Numbered from the stretch's first letter, positions 1-10,454 are shown. The stretch is 64,000 nt of DNA from an uncultured Anaerolineales bacterium (GCA_964521085.1 CAZFPL010000004.1:67198-131197); one strand, 5' to 3'. Notes: a model not told the origin generated them from the sequence alone. Numbers and translations: made by a program.

Positions 1-1
1 C

Positions 2-316
2 GCGATGATGATGCTGCCGGACCACATCACCCCGGGAATGTTCGCCGAAGCGCTGGATAAAATCCGGCAGAAACGGCCGTCACCATCAGTGGAAAAACTG
101 CGGCTGGAACGATTCCAGGAAGGCCTGTGCATCCAGACGATGCACATCGGGCCGTACGCCGCCGAGCCGGCGACGATCCAGCGGATGAACGCCTTCGCGG
201 CCGAGAATGGGTACGCGCTGCGCGGCGAACATCACGAGATCTACCTCGGCGACCCGCGCCGCTGCGCGCCGGAAAAACTAAAAACCGTACTCCGCCATCC
301 GGTGAAGAAGAATTAG
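2..316 (+). CDS. GyrI-like (AraC-effector-binding fold) domain protein, C-terminal fragment; 5-prime end outside window
   Basis: Frame is open to the window edge. CIQTMHIGPY...GEHHEIYLGDPRR is typical of the C-terminal half of GyrI-like domains. TAG stop at 314-316. Confidence 0.6.
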   Translation, partial: AMMMLPDHITPGMFAEALDKIRQKRPSPSVEKLRLERFQEGLCIQTMHIGPYAAEPATIQRMNAFAAENGYALRGEHHEIYLGDPRRCAPEKLKTVLRHPVKKN

Positions 317-413
317 AAAGTCCACGGAGAGGCGCAAGTCAAAATATAAAACGTGTTGGTCCGCGCCTCCCGGACTTCCGGAAGCGAAAGAGGCGAACCG
401 TTGCGCCGCCCGC

Positions 414-1010
414 CTAACCCCGCGACCGTTCCAGCAGGATCGCCATCATCAGGCTGAGCAACACGCGCTGTTCTTCGGTTTCACTCAGGGCGCCCAGTTT
501 TTCGACGGTGAATTTCCCTTCGAAGAAGGCGGGCTGTTTGGTCATTCGCATCACCGGAGTGCCGTCGGCGCGCGTCACCTGGTACGCCGGGTGGAAGAAG
601 TAGCCTGAGAACAAGCCAAGAATCGGGATGGATGCCAGCAGCGCATCCGCCATCTTCACCCAGGGATTTGCCTCCTGGATGGTCATGACGGGATTGTCGC
701 CTTCCAGGATGTCATACGTCGCCTTCCACAACGACTTCATTCCCTGCCGTTTGACCGCCCCGAGGTTCCCGCCCTGCGCCGAGGTGAAATTGTAGCGGGC
801 GGACCAGTCGATGATCCGATCGGCTTTCATGGTGAACAATTGGCGGGTTTGATTCTCATCGGCGAAGACCGTTACGGCTTCCTTGAGGGCGAGAATTTTC
901 TGCCGCACATAGGCGATGAGATTTCCTCCCGAATCGCGGACGAAAAACTGGGAAGCCAGCGAGATGATCTTGAAGGAAAAGGTGAGCGGGTAAGAGATAG
1001 GGGGTTGCAT
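414..1010 (-). CDS. LURP-one-related/DUF567-like (tubby-like fold) protein
   Basis: ATG at 1008-1010 chosen. The longer ORF to 1400 overlaps the next gene and its extension is Arg/Pro-rich. Beta-rich sequence FKIISLASQFFVRDSGGNLIAYVRQK... resembles this family. Confidence 0.45.
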   Translation of the reverse strand: MQPPISYPLTFSFKIISLASQFFVRDSGGNLIAYVRQKILALKEAVTVFADENQTRQLFTMKADRIIDWSARYNFTSAQGGNLGAVKRQGMKSLWKATYDILEGDNPVMTIQEANPWVKMADALLASIPILGLFSGYFFHPAYQVTRADGTPVMRMTKQPAFFEGKFTVEKLGALSETEEQRVLLSLMMAILLERSRG

Positions 1011-1174
1011 AGGTTTCTCCAATGGGGGATGGATTTTCTCCTGGAACGGATTCCGCACAGCGTACAAGCGGATTATAAACCCGCTTGAAAGGCGGACGCC
1101 GTCTGCGGCACCGGACGACCGTTTTGCTTCGAGGGAAATATTCCGGGCATGCCGGGAGGAACCAGGCAGGGATG

Positions 1175-2818
1175 CTACAGTATGAAATCGGTATTGAGGA
1201 AACTCGATTTTCTCCCGGTGACGATATTCTGAATGAGATCGCGGTTGGCGGGATTGGTTTCGGCGGCGACCAGCGAGCGGATCGAAAATGCGCGCAGCGC
1301 GTCGGTGATCGAGAGCGTCGACTCGGCCGAATCCTTGCGCCCGGTGAAGGGCAGCGAATCCGGCCCGCGCTGGCACTGGCTGTTGAGGTTGATCCGGCAC
1401 ACCTGGTTGGCCAGCTTGTCGACCAGCGTTCCGATCTTATCCGGGTCGTTGCCGAACAGGCTCACCTGCTGGCCGTATTTCGACTGCGTGACGAAATCGA
1501 AAAACTCCCGCTCGTCGCGGTAGGAACAAACCGGGACGACCGGACCGAACTGCTCCTCGGAATACAATCCGGTGCCCGCGGCGATCGGATAGACGACAGC
1601 CGGGAAGTAGAGCGATTCGCAAGCCGTTCCCCCGCCGGGGTTGATCACCTGCGCGCCTTTCGCGGCTGCCTCGTCGACGTAGGCCTGCATCCTCGCCGCC
1701 TTGTCGGGCTCCGGAAGCGGTGTGATTCGCACCTTCGGCTGCCACGGCATCCCGAAGGGCAGGGCGTTCACGGCCTCGCTGAGGCGCGAGAGGAATTCCC
1801 CGGCAATCGACTCGTGCACGAAGAAAATCTTGAGCGCCGTGCAGCGCTGGCCGTTGAAGCTGAGCGCGCCGAGAACCGATTCCTTCACCGCGTTGTCCAA
1901 GTCGGCGTCCGGCATGATCAGCGCGGGATTCTTCGCGTCCAGGCCGAGCACCCCGCGCATCCGGTGCGGGCACGGGTGCTCCTGTTTGAGCAGGTCGCCC
2001 ACCCGGCTCGAACCGATGAACGCCAGCACGTCGATCTTCCCGCTGCGCATGATCGGTTCGATGATCCTCCCCCCGGGGCCGTAAATGAAATTGACCACGC
2101 CCGGCGGGAAGGATTCCGCGAACGCGCGCAGGAGCGGCTGGTGCACGAGAACCCCGAACTTGGGCGGCTTGACCACCACCGTGTTGCCCATGATCAGCGC
2201 CGGAAGCAGCGTGGTGTAGGTTTCGTTGAGCGGATAGTTGAACGGCCCCATCGAAAGGCAGACCCCGAGCGGCGAGCGGCGGATCTGGGCGATGATGCCG
2301 GCGTCGAGCGCGAACCGCGAACTCGTGCGGTCGAGGTCCTTGAGCGCGTCGACCGTGCGGCGGATGTACTCCACCGTGCGGTCGAACTCCTTGCGGCTGT
2401 CCTCCAGGTTCTTGCCGATCTCCCACATCAGCAGCCGGACGATCTCCTCGCGGGCTTCCGCCATCCGCGCGAGGAATTGCTCCACAATCTGGATCCGGCT
2501 CTGGACACTCATCGTCGGCCATACGCCGTGGCCGCGGTCCCAGGCGCGCACGGCCGCGTCGAGCGCGGCCATCACTGTCGCGTCATCCATCACGGGCGCA
2601 TGCCCGATCAGCGTCCGTTCGAGCTTGTCCCCTTTCCGCAGGCAGATCGGCGACCACACCTCGCTGACTTCGCCTTCCCAAGAGCGCACCTGTCCGTCCA
2701 GCAAATATAATGTTTCGTAGGCGGAAGGATCCGGACGGAATTCGGCGGGGACCTCCCCCGGCGCGGGAAACGCTGATCGCAATTGCTGCTCCAGAACGGG
2801 TCCGGATTTTTGGGCCAT
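1175..2818 (-). CDS. NAD(P)-dependent aldehyde dehydrogenase, non-phosphorylating GAPDH (GapN)-like
   Basis: 547-aa ORF. ALDH hallmarks present: GPFNYPLNE, catalytic Cys context FNGQRCTALK, EEQFGPV. ATG at 2816-2818 preceded by AAGGAA. Confidence 0.8.
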   Translation of the reverse strand: MAQKSGPVLEQQLRSAFPAPGEVPAEFRPDPSAYETLYLLDGQVRSWEGEVSEVWSPICLRKGDKLERTLIGHAPVMDDATVMAALDAAVRAWDRGHGVWPTMSVQSRIQIVEQFLARMAEAREEIVRLLMWEIGKNLEDSRKEFDRTVEYIRRTVDALKDLDRTSSRFALDAGIIAQIRRSPLGVCLSMGPFNYPLNETYTTLLPALIMGNTVVVKPPKFGVLVHQPLLRAFAESFPPGVVNFIYGPGGRIIEPIMRSGKIDVLAFIGSSRVGDLLKQEHPCPHRMRGVLGLDAKNPALIMPDADLDNAVKESVLGALSFNGQRCTALKIFFVHESIAGEFLSRLSEAVNALPFGMPWQPKVRITPLPEPDKAARMQAYVDEAAAKGAQVINPGGGTACESLYFPAVVYPIAAGTGLYSEEQFGPVVPVCSYRDEREFFDFVTQSKYGQQVSLFGNDPDKIGTLVDKLANQVCRINLNSQCQRGPDSLPFTGRKDSAESTLSITDALRAFSIRSLVAAETNPANRDLIQNIVTGRKSSFLNTDFIL

Positions 2819-2896
2819 GGTTCACCATTCCTTTCGCAGAAGAATCACCTCGGGATCAAGAATCACCGGTATTCCCGGCGGCATTGTCCGGCTTCC

Positions 2897-3268
2897 CTAT
2901 CCGGATTTTTTCAAAGCCTTGAGTCTTTTGCTCTTTTCATCCAATTGGGTCAGGATCTCCGTAGCTTTCTTATTCTGCTGCGGAGACTTTGCCTGCTTGA
3001 TCGACTTGATCGCGAAGCGAATCAGGAATATGGTCCCAATTCCGCCGATAACGGTAAGCGCGACCGCGGATCCGGTCGGAATTGGCTGCGGCAGCAATAA
3101 AAAAACCAACGCGGCGGTTGTCGTCAGGATGAGCGGCCAACAGCCCGCCCGCATTGTGCGCATGCCTTCTTCGCCCTCTTGTTTTACGATCTTTTCCAGT
3201 TCGTCGATTTCCTTCTCCAATTGGGCGATTTCCTCTCCCGCGGGCTGTTCCTTCGAAGTCGGTTCCAT
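2897..3268 (-). CDS. small membrane protein with charged coiled-coil ends (hypothetical)
   Basis: GGAGG lies 6 nt upstream of the ATG at 3266-3268. Two central hydrophobic helices are flanked by E/K-rich segments. Confidence 0.5.
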   Translation of the reverse strand: MEPTSKEQPAGEEIAQLEKEIDELEKIVKQEGEEGMRTMRAGCWPLILTTTAALVFLLLPQPIPTGSAVALTVIGGIGTIFLIRFAIKSIKQAKSPQQNKKATEILTQLDEKSKRLKALKKSG

Positions 3269-3357
3269 GGCGGCCTCCGGATATCCGATTTGAACGGCTC
3301 CCCCCGGTTTCTTTCACTCCGAGTGGAGGATTATTCCAATCGCTTTTCGACTACCCT

Positions 3358-4341
3358 TCAGTCGACCCCCGCGCCGAAGATCACCCGCGCCAGCAGCGTG
3401 CCGCCCGGAATGAGGACCGACACGAACAACGTGCGCAGGATTGAGGTATTGTAGGGCCAAGTCCGCGCCTCGCGCAGGTGCATTTCGTACAATCCCAGCG
3501 CCTGGATGGTCTCGGTGATACCGCGCGGATCCCGATGCTCATCAAGGCAGCGGGATAACTCTCGGAACGACGCATGCAGACGGCTTCGCACCGCCTTCAA
3601 TTCCTTCTCCTTGGCATCCGTGAGCACCCGATGGATCGGGTACATATTTAAGAAGAAAATGGTAAGCGGCAGACTCAACAACGGGATATACAGCGCCCAA
3701 AACTCAATTCGCTGAAGGACGCCGGATTCGAACAGCGTAATCACCAGGCTGAATGTGATTCCTCCCACAAACACCACGGCCAGAAGCAAGCTTTGGCGGC
3801 CGAAGGCTTCAAACGGGGCGAGATCGAGCGGATCAACTTTCAGCGGCTGTTTGACGATCTCGCGGGTCAACCGGGTTCCGACCAGGGTCAAGTAGGCGGT
3901 CCAGACGAGCAACCCGTAACAGAGCGAGGACGTCAGGCTCCAATACAACCCCTGCCAGGAAAAGGACGCCACGACATTTAAAACCGATGAAAAGCCTAAC
4001 AATACGCCGATCCCGATCGCGGCCAGTTCGTTCCGTCGCGGGACGGCGGTCGCGTGGCGGACCACGGCGGCGAAACGTGGTCCGTCGAGCGTCGTCACCG
4101 CGCGCAGGGATTCCTCGACGCGGCCGCCCATCCTCGACAGGGGCGGCACGGTCAGGAGGATGTACAGCATCACCGCGGGGGAGATCATCAGGCCGCGCCA
4201 GGCGATCACCAGGGACAGCGATCCCTGCCCCAGGGCGACGGCAATGGGGATGATCAGCACCGCCAGGGCGAATGCCGGCCCGATCCATTTCCGCCGGGGA
4301 AGGGCGATGTAACGTTCGAACAGCGATTGCGGTTGCGGCAT
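3358..4341 (-). CDS. polytopic membrane protein (hypothetical)
   Basis: ATG at 4339-4341 has GGAGG upstream. The upstream extension to 4437 is discarded. Multiple hydrophobic helices. Confidence 0.55.
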   Translation of the reverse strand: MPQPQSLFERYIALPRRKWIGPAFALAVLIIPIAVALGQGSLSLVIAWRGLMISPAVMLYILLTVPPLSRMGGRVEESLRAVTTLDGPRFAAVVRHATAVPRRNELAAIGIGVLLGFSSVLNVVASFSWQGLYWSLTSSLCYGLLVWTAYLTLVGTRLTREIVKQPLKVDPLDLAPFEAFGRQSLLLAVVFVGGITFSLVITLFESGVLQRIEFWALYIPLLSLPLTIFFLNMYPIHRVLTDAKEKELKAVRSRLHASFRELSRCLDEHRDPRGITETIQALGLYEMHLREARTWPYNTSILRTLFVSVLIPGGTLLARVIFGAGVD

Positions 4342-4506
4342 GGCGTTCCTCCTTTTCCGCTCTGAGGATGCAATCCGCCGGCAACGATCTGGTTTGATTG
4401 TACGGGAAAACGGACCGGCGCGTTCCCCTTCATTCACCAGGCTGAAGGGGATGTTGAGAATGGGGGAAGGCGCTTGCGCAATGAGGGGACCGGACAGGCC
4501 GGGAGG

Positions 4507-5388
4507 TCAGGTCCGGATGATCAGCAGCCGATCCCATCCGGCGAGATCCTTCTTGACCTTCACCGTGGAATGCGGGAAGAGCCGTTTGGCGATTTCACGC
4601 GCTTCGCCCGCATGGGAAGAATCGATCTCAAACAGCGCCAATCCGCCCTCCGCCATTCGCCCGGCGGATTGATCCAGCGCGCACGCGATCCAGCGCAACC
4701 CGTCCGGGCCGCCGTCGACCGCCCGGCGCGGCTCGAAGCGGACGACGGGCGATCCTTCCAGCGAGCCGGCCAGCGCATACGGCAGATTGGCGCACAACAA
4801 ATCGATTGGGCCGCGCAGGGGGGCGAGCAGGTCGGCTTGAAGAAGCGAGACCCGGTCGCGAACGCCGTGGCGCGTGAGATTGCGCGCGGCCGCGGCCAGT
4901 GCGGCGGCGGAAACATCCGTCGCGATCACCCGCAGACCGGCGGAATGGACGGCGAGGGCGGCCGCGATGCAGCCGGATCCGGTGCCCAGGTCGACGGCGC
5001 GAATCGCTTGTGCGGGGGGTGCCGCATCCGGGGAACGGTCCGAGAGCCACTCGAGCGCCGTCTCCACCAGGAGCTCGGTTTCCGGCCGCGGGATCAGCAC
5101 GTCCGGCGAAACCTGGAACTCCAGCCCGAAGAACTCCTGGATGCCGGTGAGGTATGCGAGCGGTTCTCCCTCCCGGGCGCGCCGGATCAGCGAGGCATAT
5201 TCCGCGGCAAGGTCCGGCGGGAGGGGGAGCTCCGGATGGGCGAGAGTCCAGCAGCGGGGCTGGCGGTAGATGTGCGAAAGAAGCACGTGGGCGATGAGGG
5301 ATCCGGATTCCGTCTGTTGCAATTCCCGGCCGGCCCACGCCAGCGCGGATCCTGCGGTGGGGAGGGATGGGGGAGGGGGAAGGGTCAC
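4507..5388 (-). CDS. prmC: release-factor glutamine N5-methyltransferase PrmC/HemK
   Basis: SAM motif VDLGTGSGCIA; substrate motif position reads NLPY (canonical NPPY); FEPRRAVDGGPDGL block. GTG start overlaps the prfA stop (GTGA at 5385-5388). Confidence 0.85.
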   Translation of the reverse strand: MTLPPPPSLPTAGSALAWAGRELQQTESGSLIAHVLLSHIYRQPRCWTLAHPELPLPPDLAAEYASLIRRAREGEPLAYLTGIQEFFGLEFQVSPDVLIPRPETELLVETALEWLSDRSPDAAPPAQAIRAVDLGTGSGCIAAALAVHSAGLRVIATDVSAAALAAAARNLTRHGVRDRVSLLQADLLAPLRGPIDLLCANLPYALAGSLEGSPVVRFEPRRAVDGGPDGLRWIACALDQSAGRMAEGGLALFEIDSSHAGEAREIAKRLFPHSTVKVKKDLAGWDRLLIIRT

Positions 5389-6449
5389 GCTTCGCCGGCC
5401 GCCTGCAGCCGCTCGGATTCGTCGCGCAGGGCGAGTTCGTCGATAAAGGGATCGATCTCGCCGTCGAGCACCGCGGCCATGTTGTGCAGCGAAACCCCGA
5501 CCCGGTGGTCGGTGATGCGCGATTGCGGGAAATTGTAGGTGCGGATTTTCTCCGAGCGGTCGGCGCTGCCCACCTGCGAGCGGCGCGCCTGTTCGATCTC
5601 GCTGCGGCGTTTTTCCTCCTCGATTTCAAAAAGCCGCGCGCGCAGGATCGACATCGCCCGCAGGCGGTTCTGCAGCTGGGAACGCTCGTCCTGGCATTGC
5701 ACCACCATTCCGGTGGGCATATGGATCAGGCGAACCGCGGTGGAGTTTTTCTGGACGTTCTGCCCGCCCGCGCCCGAGGAGCGGTAGACTTCCATCTTGA
5801 CATCCTTCTCGGGGATGTCGATCTCCACCTCGTCGACCTCGGCCAGCACGGCGACGGTGGCGGTGGAGGTGTGGATCCGGCCCGAGGATTCGGTCACCGG
5901 CACGCGCTGCACGCGGTGCACGCCGGATTCGAATTTCAAACGCGAATATGCCCCCTTGCCTTTGACTTCGAAGATGATCTCCTTGAATCCGCCGATCCCC
6001 GTGTCGCTTTGGGAAAGGATTTCCGTTTTCCAATTGTGCTTCTCGGCGTAGCGGCTGTACATGCGGAACAGGCTGGCGGCGAACAACGCCGCTTCCTCGC
6101 CGCCGGTTCCGGCGCGGATCTCGACGATCACATTGCGCTGGTCGCGCGGATCCTTGGGGACGAGCATGGATTTGAGTTCTTTTTCCAGCGCGGCGATCCG
6201 CGGCTCGAGCGCCGCCACCTCGCTTTCGGCCATGGCTTTAAGCTCCGGGTCGGATTCGCCGAGCATCGATTTTGCCTGGGCGAGGGAATCCTGCGCCTGA
6301 CGGTACTCGCGGAATTTCCGTACGACCGGTTCGATATCGGACCGCTCGCGGGCCAGCTCGGCAATGCGCGCGTAATCCTCCGCGTGCTCGGCCATCAGGC
6401 GTGATAATTCCTCGTAACGGGCTTCGATCCCCGTCAATTTCTCGATCAT
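5385..6449 (-). CDS. prfA: peptide chain release factor 1
   Basis: GGQ motif (SGAGGQNVQK) and RF1-type PxT tripeptide (RVPVTES). 354 aa. Confidence 0.95.
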   Translation of the reverse strand: MIEKLTGIEARYEELSRLMAEHAEDYARIAELARERSDIEPVVRKFREYRQAQDSLAQAKSMLGESDPELKAMAESEVAALEPRIAALEKELKSMLVPKDPRDQRNVIVEIRAGTGGEEAALFAASLFRMYSRYAEKHNWKTEILSQSDTGIGGFKEIIFEVKGKGAYSRLKFESGVHRVQRVPVTESSGRIHTSTATVAVLAEVDEVEIDIPEKDVKMEVYRSSGAGGQNVQKNSTAVRLIHMPTGMVVQCQDERSQLQNRLRAMSILRARLFEIEEEKRRSEIEQARRSQVGSADRSEKIRTYNFPQSRITDHRVGVSLHNMAAVLDGEIDPFIDELALRDESERLQAAGEA

Positions 6450-6857
6450 GCGTCCTCTGCGTTGGAAGAAATCCCGGATCCTTCAGCGGGTAAAAGTGAA
6501 TTATATCCTTAACTAATTTTATGCGGATTTATCCGGCTCGATGCGTGCACAAGGAGCAGGGGAGGAAGAATGTAAGCCGTGGATTTTTCCCCGAGAGGTC
6601 TTCGGTTGCGCATGCGGCGCATAGGGGGTGGCGATGGAGCGCGGGATATCCAGGGGATGGGCTGAAAAAATGGTACGGGAAAAAAACGGGATCGCGTATA
6701 ATGAAGCCGCGGTCATGGAAGCCCGGCCGGGGCGGACTGGTTTCTTGAACGTTGCGCCGGAGAAGAATTGCGAAAGAGCTTCACCGAAGGAAATGGCTGC
6801 CGTGCGGCGTTTTTAGCCCGATTAACCCTTCCGTGTCGAACTTGCCTTCGGGGAATT

Positions 6858-8357
6858 ATGCGGATTGAAAAAGCTCGACATATATGGAACATCATCATCG
6901 CCTCCGGCATAACGCTGTTTGTCATCCACAGCGTGCTCTTTGTCATCTTCGGCCGGGTTAATGCGGATGAGGGGTGGTATTTGTATGCCGGCCGGCTTGT
7001 GTATGCAGGTCAGCGTCCGTATCAAGATTTTGCCTTCACGCAAACCCCCCTCCTGCCGTGCCTCTACGGACTATTTCAAAAATTATTTTTTCAGAGCATT
7101 TATCTCGGAAGAATAACCACCGTCATTTTCTCCGTGACGGCTTTTCTCCTGTCCATAAGAGTGGCGGGGAAGCATGGCGGCAGCGCGGCAAGCGGCATAA
7201 CCGCGATGCTCGGGGCGACCTTTACCTATGGCCTCTATTTTCAGTCCATCACAAAAACATACGCGCTGACCACGCTCTTTTTCCTCTTGGCGTTTTATGC
7301 ATTGTCCTCCAATTCCAAGCGGGAATTAAAATTCATCCTCGCGTCGGTGTTTGCCTTGCTGGCTACGCTGACCAGGCTTTCGGCTTTATTCTTTGCGATG
7401 CCCGTCCTTCTCTATGCTTTCCTCGTCTCCGGCATCCGAAGCCGAGTGACTATTCTTGCGTTGTGTCTCGCGGCATTCTCCTGGGTGGCGGTGCTGGCTT
7501 TCCCCAACCCGGATGCAGCGGTCTGGGGGCTTGTGACGTACCACACTTCGCAATGGGGAGGCGCTTCGGTTGCCGAACGAGTATTGCGGATCCTCTTTTT
7601 CCGGATCCCGGAATTATGGGCCGCCTACCCCGCGTATTTCATCGTCTACGGGGTGCTTGCCGGATTGGGATTCCGCGCCATGGCGTCCCGTAAAAAACGA
7701 CCGTGGGTTGTTATGGTCGTCATCGCTGGATCATGTTTATTTGCCGTCCCCAATCTGACAACCGGCGGGTTTGGCACCGAGTATTTCGTGCCTTTGATTT
7801 TCCTCTCGTTTCCGATTGCGGGGATTGCCATTTCGAAGCTGTTGGATTTCATGGGACGCATTCCGAGAATGGCCGTCACCACGGCGTTGATCTCCGCCCT
7901 GGCGTTGGGAATGATCCGGGGAGGGTACCCCTTTTTGGCGATCTCCGACGGGCACCCGCCCGTGGAAAAGATACGGGACGTCGCTTCCATTGTCTCGGAG
8001 AACACTTCTCCAAGCGATACGCTTTTCGTGATGGAAGCGCTTTGGGTCGCCGTGGAGTCCGGCCGACAAGCCGTGCCGAATGCGGCCATGGCGCAATTTT
8101 CGTATCTGGCAACCGATCCCCGGACCGCTGACCGCCTTCATCTCATGAACGGTCAAATCATCTGCCGATATTTTTCGGATCGGGTTCCCAAGATGGTCAT
8201 TCTTACCGATATCGACTGGGGAATCCTGCGGTCCGCAACGGAGTACGAGTGCATCGTTGATTCATTGGAAAATAATTACCGTCTGATTGGTTCCGAAGAT
8301 AATTTTGGCCAGCATAACAGCCATCTTGACGTTTACCTTCGGCGGGAAGAGCAATGA
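6858..8357 (+). CDS. GT-C fold glycosyltransferase (PMT_2/ArnT-like, GT39/GT83-type) membrane protein
   Basis: First-loop motif VNADEGWYLYAGRLVYAGQRPYQDFAFTQTPLLP and many TM helices. ATG at 6858 preferred over the alternative start at 6768. Confidence 0.6.
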   Translation: MRIEKARHIWNIIIASGITLFVIHSVLFVIFGRVNADEGWYLYAGRLVYAGQRPYQDFAFTQTPLLPCLYGLFQKLFFQSIYLGRITTVIFSVTAFLLSIRVAGKHGGSAASGITAMLGATFTYGLYFQSITKTYALTTLFFLLAFYALSSNSKRELKFILASVFALLATLTRLSALFFAMPVLLYAFLVSGIRSRVTILALCLAAFSWVAVLAFPNPDAAVWGLVTYHTSQWGGASVAERVLRILFFRIPELWAAYPAYFIVYGVLAGLGFRAMASRKKRPWVVMVVIAGSCLFAVPNLTTGGFGTEYFVPLIFLSFPIAGIAISKLLDFMGRIPRMAVTTALISALALGMIRGGYPFLAISDGHPPVEKIRDVASIVSENTSPSDTLFVMEALWVAVESGRQAVPNAAMAQFSYLATDPRTADRLHLMNGQIICRYFSDRVPKMVILTDIDWGILRSATEYECIVDSLENNYRLIGSEDNFGQHNSHLDVYLRREEQ

Positions 8358-8411
8358 GTCTCCCTTGGGATATGACACGAGCGATGGTCAGGAAACCGTA
8401 AGGAGAAATCC

Positions 8412-9707
8412 GTGTCCAACGAGATTCCAGTAAAGAATCCAATGGCGCGTGTTCTATCGTTGCGGGATTTCCGGCTGCTGTTTGCCGGCAGCTCCACCTC
8501 AGTCCTGGGCGATCAGTTCTATCTGATCGCCACCCCCTGGCTGGTGCTGCAGCTGACCAACGATCCGCTGGTGCTGGGGATCGTCATTGCATTGGGCGGG
8601 ATTCCGCGCGCTATTTTTATGCTGGTAGGCGGAGCCTTAACCGACAGGTTTTCACCGCGCGCCATCCTGATCGCTTCAGACATCCTGCGCCTGGCGCTTA
8701 CCGCCTTTATGGCCCTGATGGTGTTCGCCGGAACCGTTCAGATGGGGATGCTCTTTGCGGTCTCGCTGGGATTTGGACTGGTGGCGGGATTTGCCATCCC
8801 GGCCGGCAACAGCATTGTCCCGTCCCTGGTCGAGGAAAAGGACCTGCAGGCGGGAAATTCGATCATCCTCGGTTCGACCCAATTAGCCGGATTCATCGGC
8901 CCGACGCTGGCTGGATTGCTGATCGGCGGCCTTTCCACTTCCATGCTGGGAATCGCGCTGGCGTATGCCTTCGACGCGGTGAGTTTCGCCGTCTCGGCCG
9001 CCGCCTTGCTTTTAATGCACACGGGAAGAAAGCGCAAACCTGCGGAGGTCTCCTCGCAGCCGGAGGGGATCGGAGCGTCGATCCTGATCGGGATGAAATT
9101 CCTGTGGAACAACCAAGCCTTGCGGTTGATGTTCCTGGTCGTCATGGCGGTCAATTTCCTGTTCATCGGACCGGTGCTGATCGGCATCCCGGTGCTGGCG
9201 AACAACTTCCTGCCGGAGGGTGCGGTGGCGTACGGATTGCTGGTATCCGGTCTGGCCGGCGGCAATCTGGCGGGTTACCTCCTGGCCGCGCAGCTGCCGC
9301 GCCCGGGCGGGATGATCATCCGCGTCATTCTCCTTGGCGGGCTGGCTGCTTTCGGTTTGGCCATCGCCTCCATGGGATTCATCCGCTGGACCGGCATCCT
9401 CCTGATCATTATGATTCTGCTCGGATTGGGCAACGGCTACATCACCATCATCTTCCTGACCTGGATCCAATCCCGCACGCCGCGGGAAATGCTCGGGCGG
9501 ATGATGAGCATGCTGATGCTCACCAACACCGGCATAAGCCCCATTTCCCAGGCCATCTCCGGCGCGGTGATCAAATGGAGCATCACTGCGCTGTTTTTGT
9601 TGGCGGGAACCGGGCTGCTGCTCGTGCCGTTTTGGACGGCCTACCAGCCGGCGCTTAAAACCATCACTGAGAGTCTGGTGGAGGATGTCGAGGCGGTGAA
9701 AGAATAG
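8412..9707 (+). CDS. MFS transporter, DHA3 (MFS_3, macrolide/enterobactin-exporter-like) family
   Basis: GTG start after AGGAG. FRLLFAGSSTSVLGDQFYLIATPWLVL and ...GGALTDRFSPR motifs; about 12 TM helices. Confidence 0.8.
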   Translation: MSNEIPVKNPMARVLSLRDFRLLFAGSSTSVLGDQFYLIATPWLVLQLTNDPLVLGIVIALGGIPRAIFMLVGGALTDRFSPRAILIASDILRLALTAFMALMVFAGTVQMGMLFAVSLGFGLVAGFAIPAGNSIVPSLVEEKDLQAGNSIILGSTQLAGFIGPTLAGLLIGGLSTSMLGIALAYAFDAVSFAVSAAALLLMHTGRKRKPAEVSSQPEGIGASILIGMKFLWNNQALRLMFLVVMAVNFLFIGPVLIGIPVLANNFLPEGAVAYGLLVSGLAGGNLAGYLLAAQLPRPGGMIIRVILLGGLAAFGLAIASMGFIRWTGILLIIMILLGLGNGYITIIFLTWIQSRTPREMLGRMMSMLMLTNTGISPISQAISGAVIKWSITALFLLAGTGLLLVPFWTAYQPALKTITESLVEDVEAVKE

Positions 9708-9732
9708 CGCGCGAACAACAGGAGGGGAAATC

Positions 9733-10374
9733 GTGAATCCGACATTGTTTATTTATTTATGCGGCGGCCTCGCGGGGCTCATCCTGCTGATTGCAGGAGT
9801 GTGGCGCCTGGCTTCCCGTCGTTCCTCGCTGCCCTGTCCCACCTGGCTGAGTTGGATGGTGGAGCTTGAGAATCCTTTCTTTAAAGCGCACAGTTCCCGG
9901 GAAATCATCCGGCTTCTGAACCTTCAGCCTGGAATGCATGTGCTCGATCTCGGATGCGGTCCGGGACGGCTTACCGTTCCCGCCGCGCGGGAAGTCGGCC
10001 CGGCGGGAAAAGTGACGGCGATGGATATCCAGCCCGGGATGCTGCGCCGGGCGCAGGAGAGAGCCAAAGCGTCCGGTGTGAACAACATTCGATTCGTCCA
10101 GGCCGGTGCGGGAGAAGGGAAACTGGAGCGCGGGCGATACGACCGGGCTCTGCTTGTAACCGTCCTGGGCGAAATACCGGATCAAGGGAAAGCGCTGACG
10201 GAAATTCTCGACGCGTTGAAACCGGGCGGCATCTTATCGGTAACCGAGGTCATCGCCGATCCGCATTTTCAAAGCGCGGGCACCGTCCGCCGCCTGGCCG
10301 GCACGGCGGGCTTCAAGGAAAAGGGATTCTATGGGAACCGCTTCGCGTTTACAATTAATCTGGAAAAGACCTGA
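9733..10374 (+). CDS. class I SAM-dependent methyltransferase with N-terminal TM helix
   Basis: VLDLGCGPGRLT motif I; LKPGGILSV. Paralogous to the N-terminal domain of the 21633-23099 gene. Confidence 0.8.
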   Translation: MNPTLFIYLCGGLAGLILLIAGVWRLASRRSSLPCPTWLSWMVELENPFFKAHSSREIIRLLNLQPGMHVLDLGCGPGRLTVPAAREVGPAGKVTAMDIQPGMLRRAQERAKASGVNNIRFVQAGAGEGKLERGRYDRALLVTVLGEIPDQGKALTEILDALKPGGILSVTEVIADPHFQSAGTVRRLAGTAGFKEKGFYGNRFAFTINLEKT

Positions 10375-10454
10375 GAGCATGGCGAAGCAATCCTGGGCGT
10401 GGGAGAGGTAATTCGAACGTCTGACCCACCCGCGCTGACGCGCGGCGCTGATTG

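Noticed and set aside
1085-2710. Long ORFs antisense to real genes. Examples: 1085-2710, 5367-6404, 11010-12488, 19642-20745, 30555-31646, 35426-36418, 38894-40198, 40269-41837, 41143-42363, 42839-44116, 44113-45591, 50907-52253, 55315-56616, 56760-57761.
   Set aside because: They are typical high-GC shadow ORFs. Their composition is Arg/Gly/Pro/Asp-rich and low in complexity, and they carry no motifs. Each fully overlaps a gene with clear family signatures on the other strand or in another frame.
6450-6857. The long (about 400 nt) divergent intergenic region between prfA and the GT-C glycosyltransferase gene, considered as a possible riboswitch or ncRNA. It contains a TATAAT box at 6697-6702.
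   Set aside because: I could not recognise any known riboswitch core or a convincing conserved structure. The -35 partner is weak. It would need comparative data.
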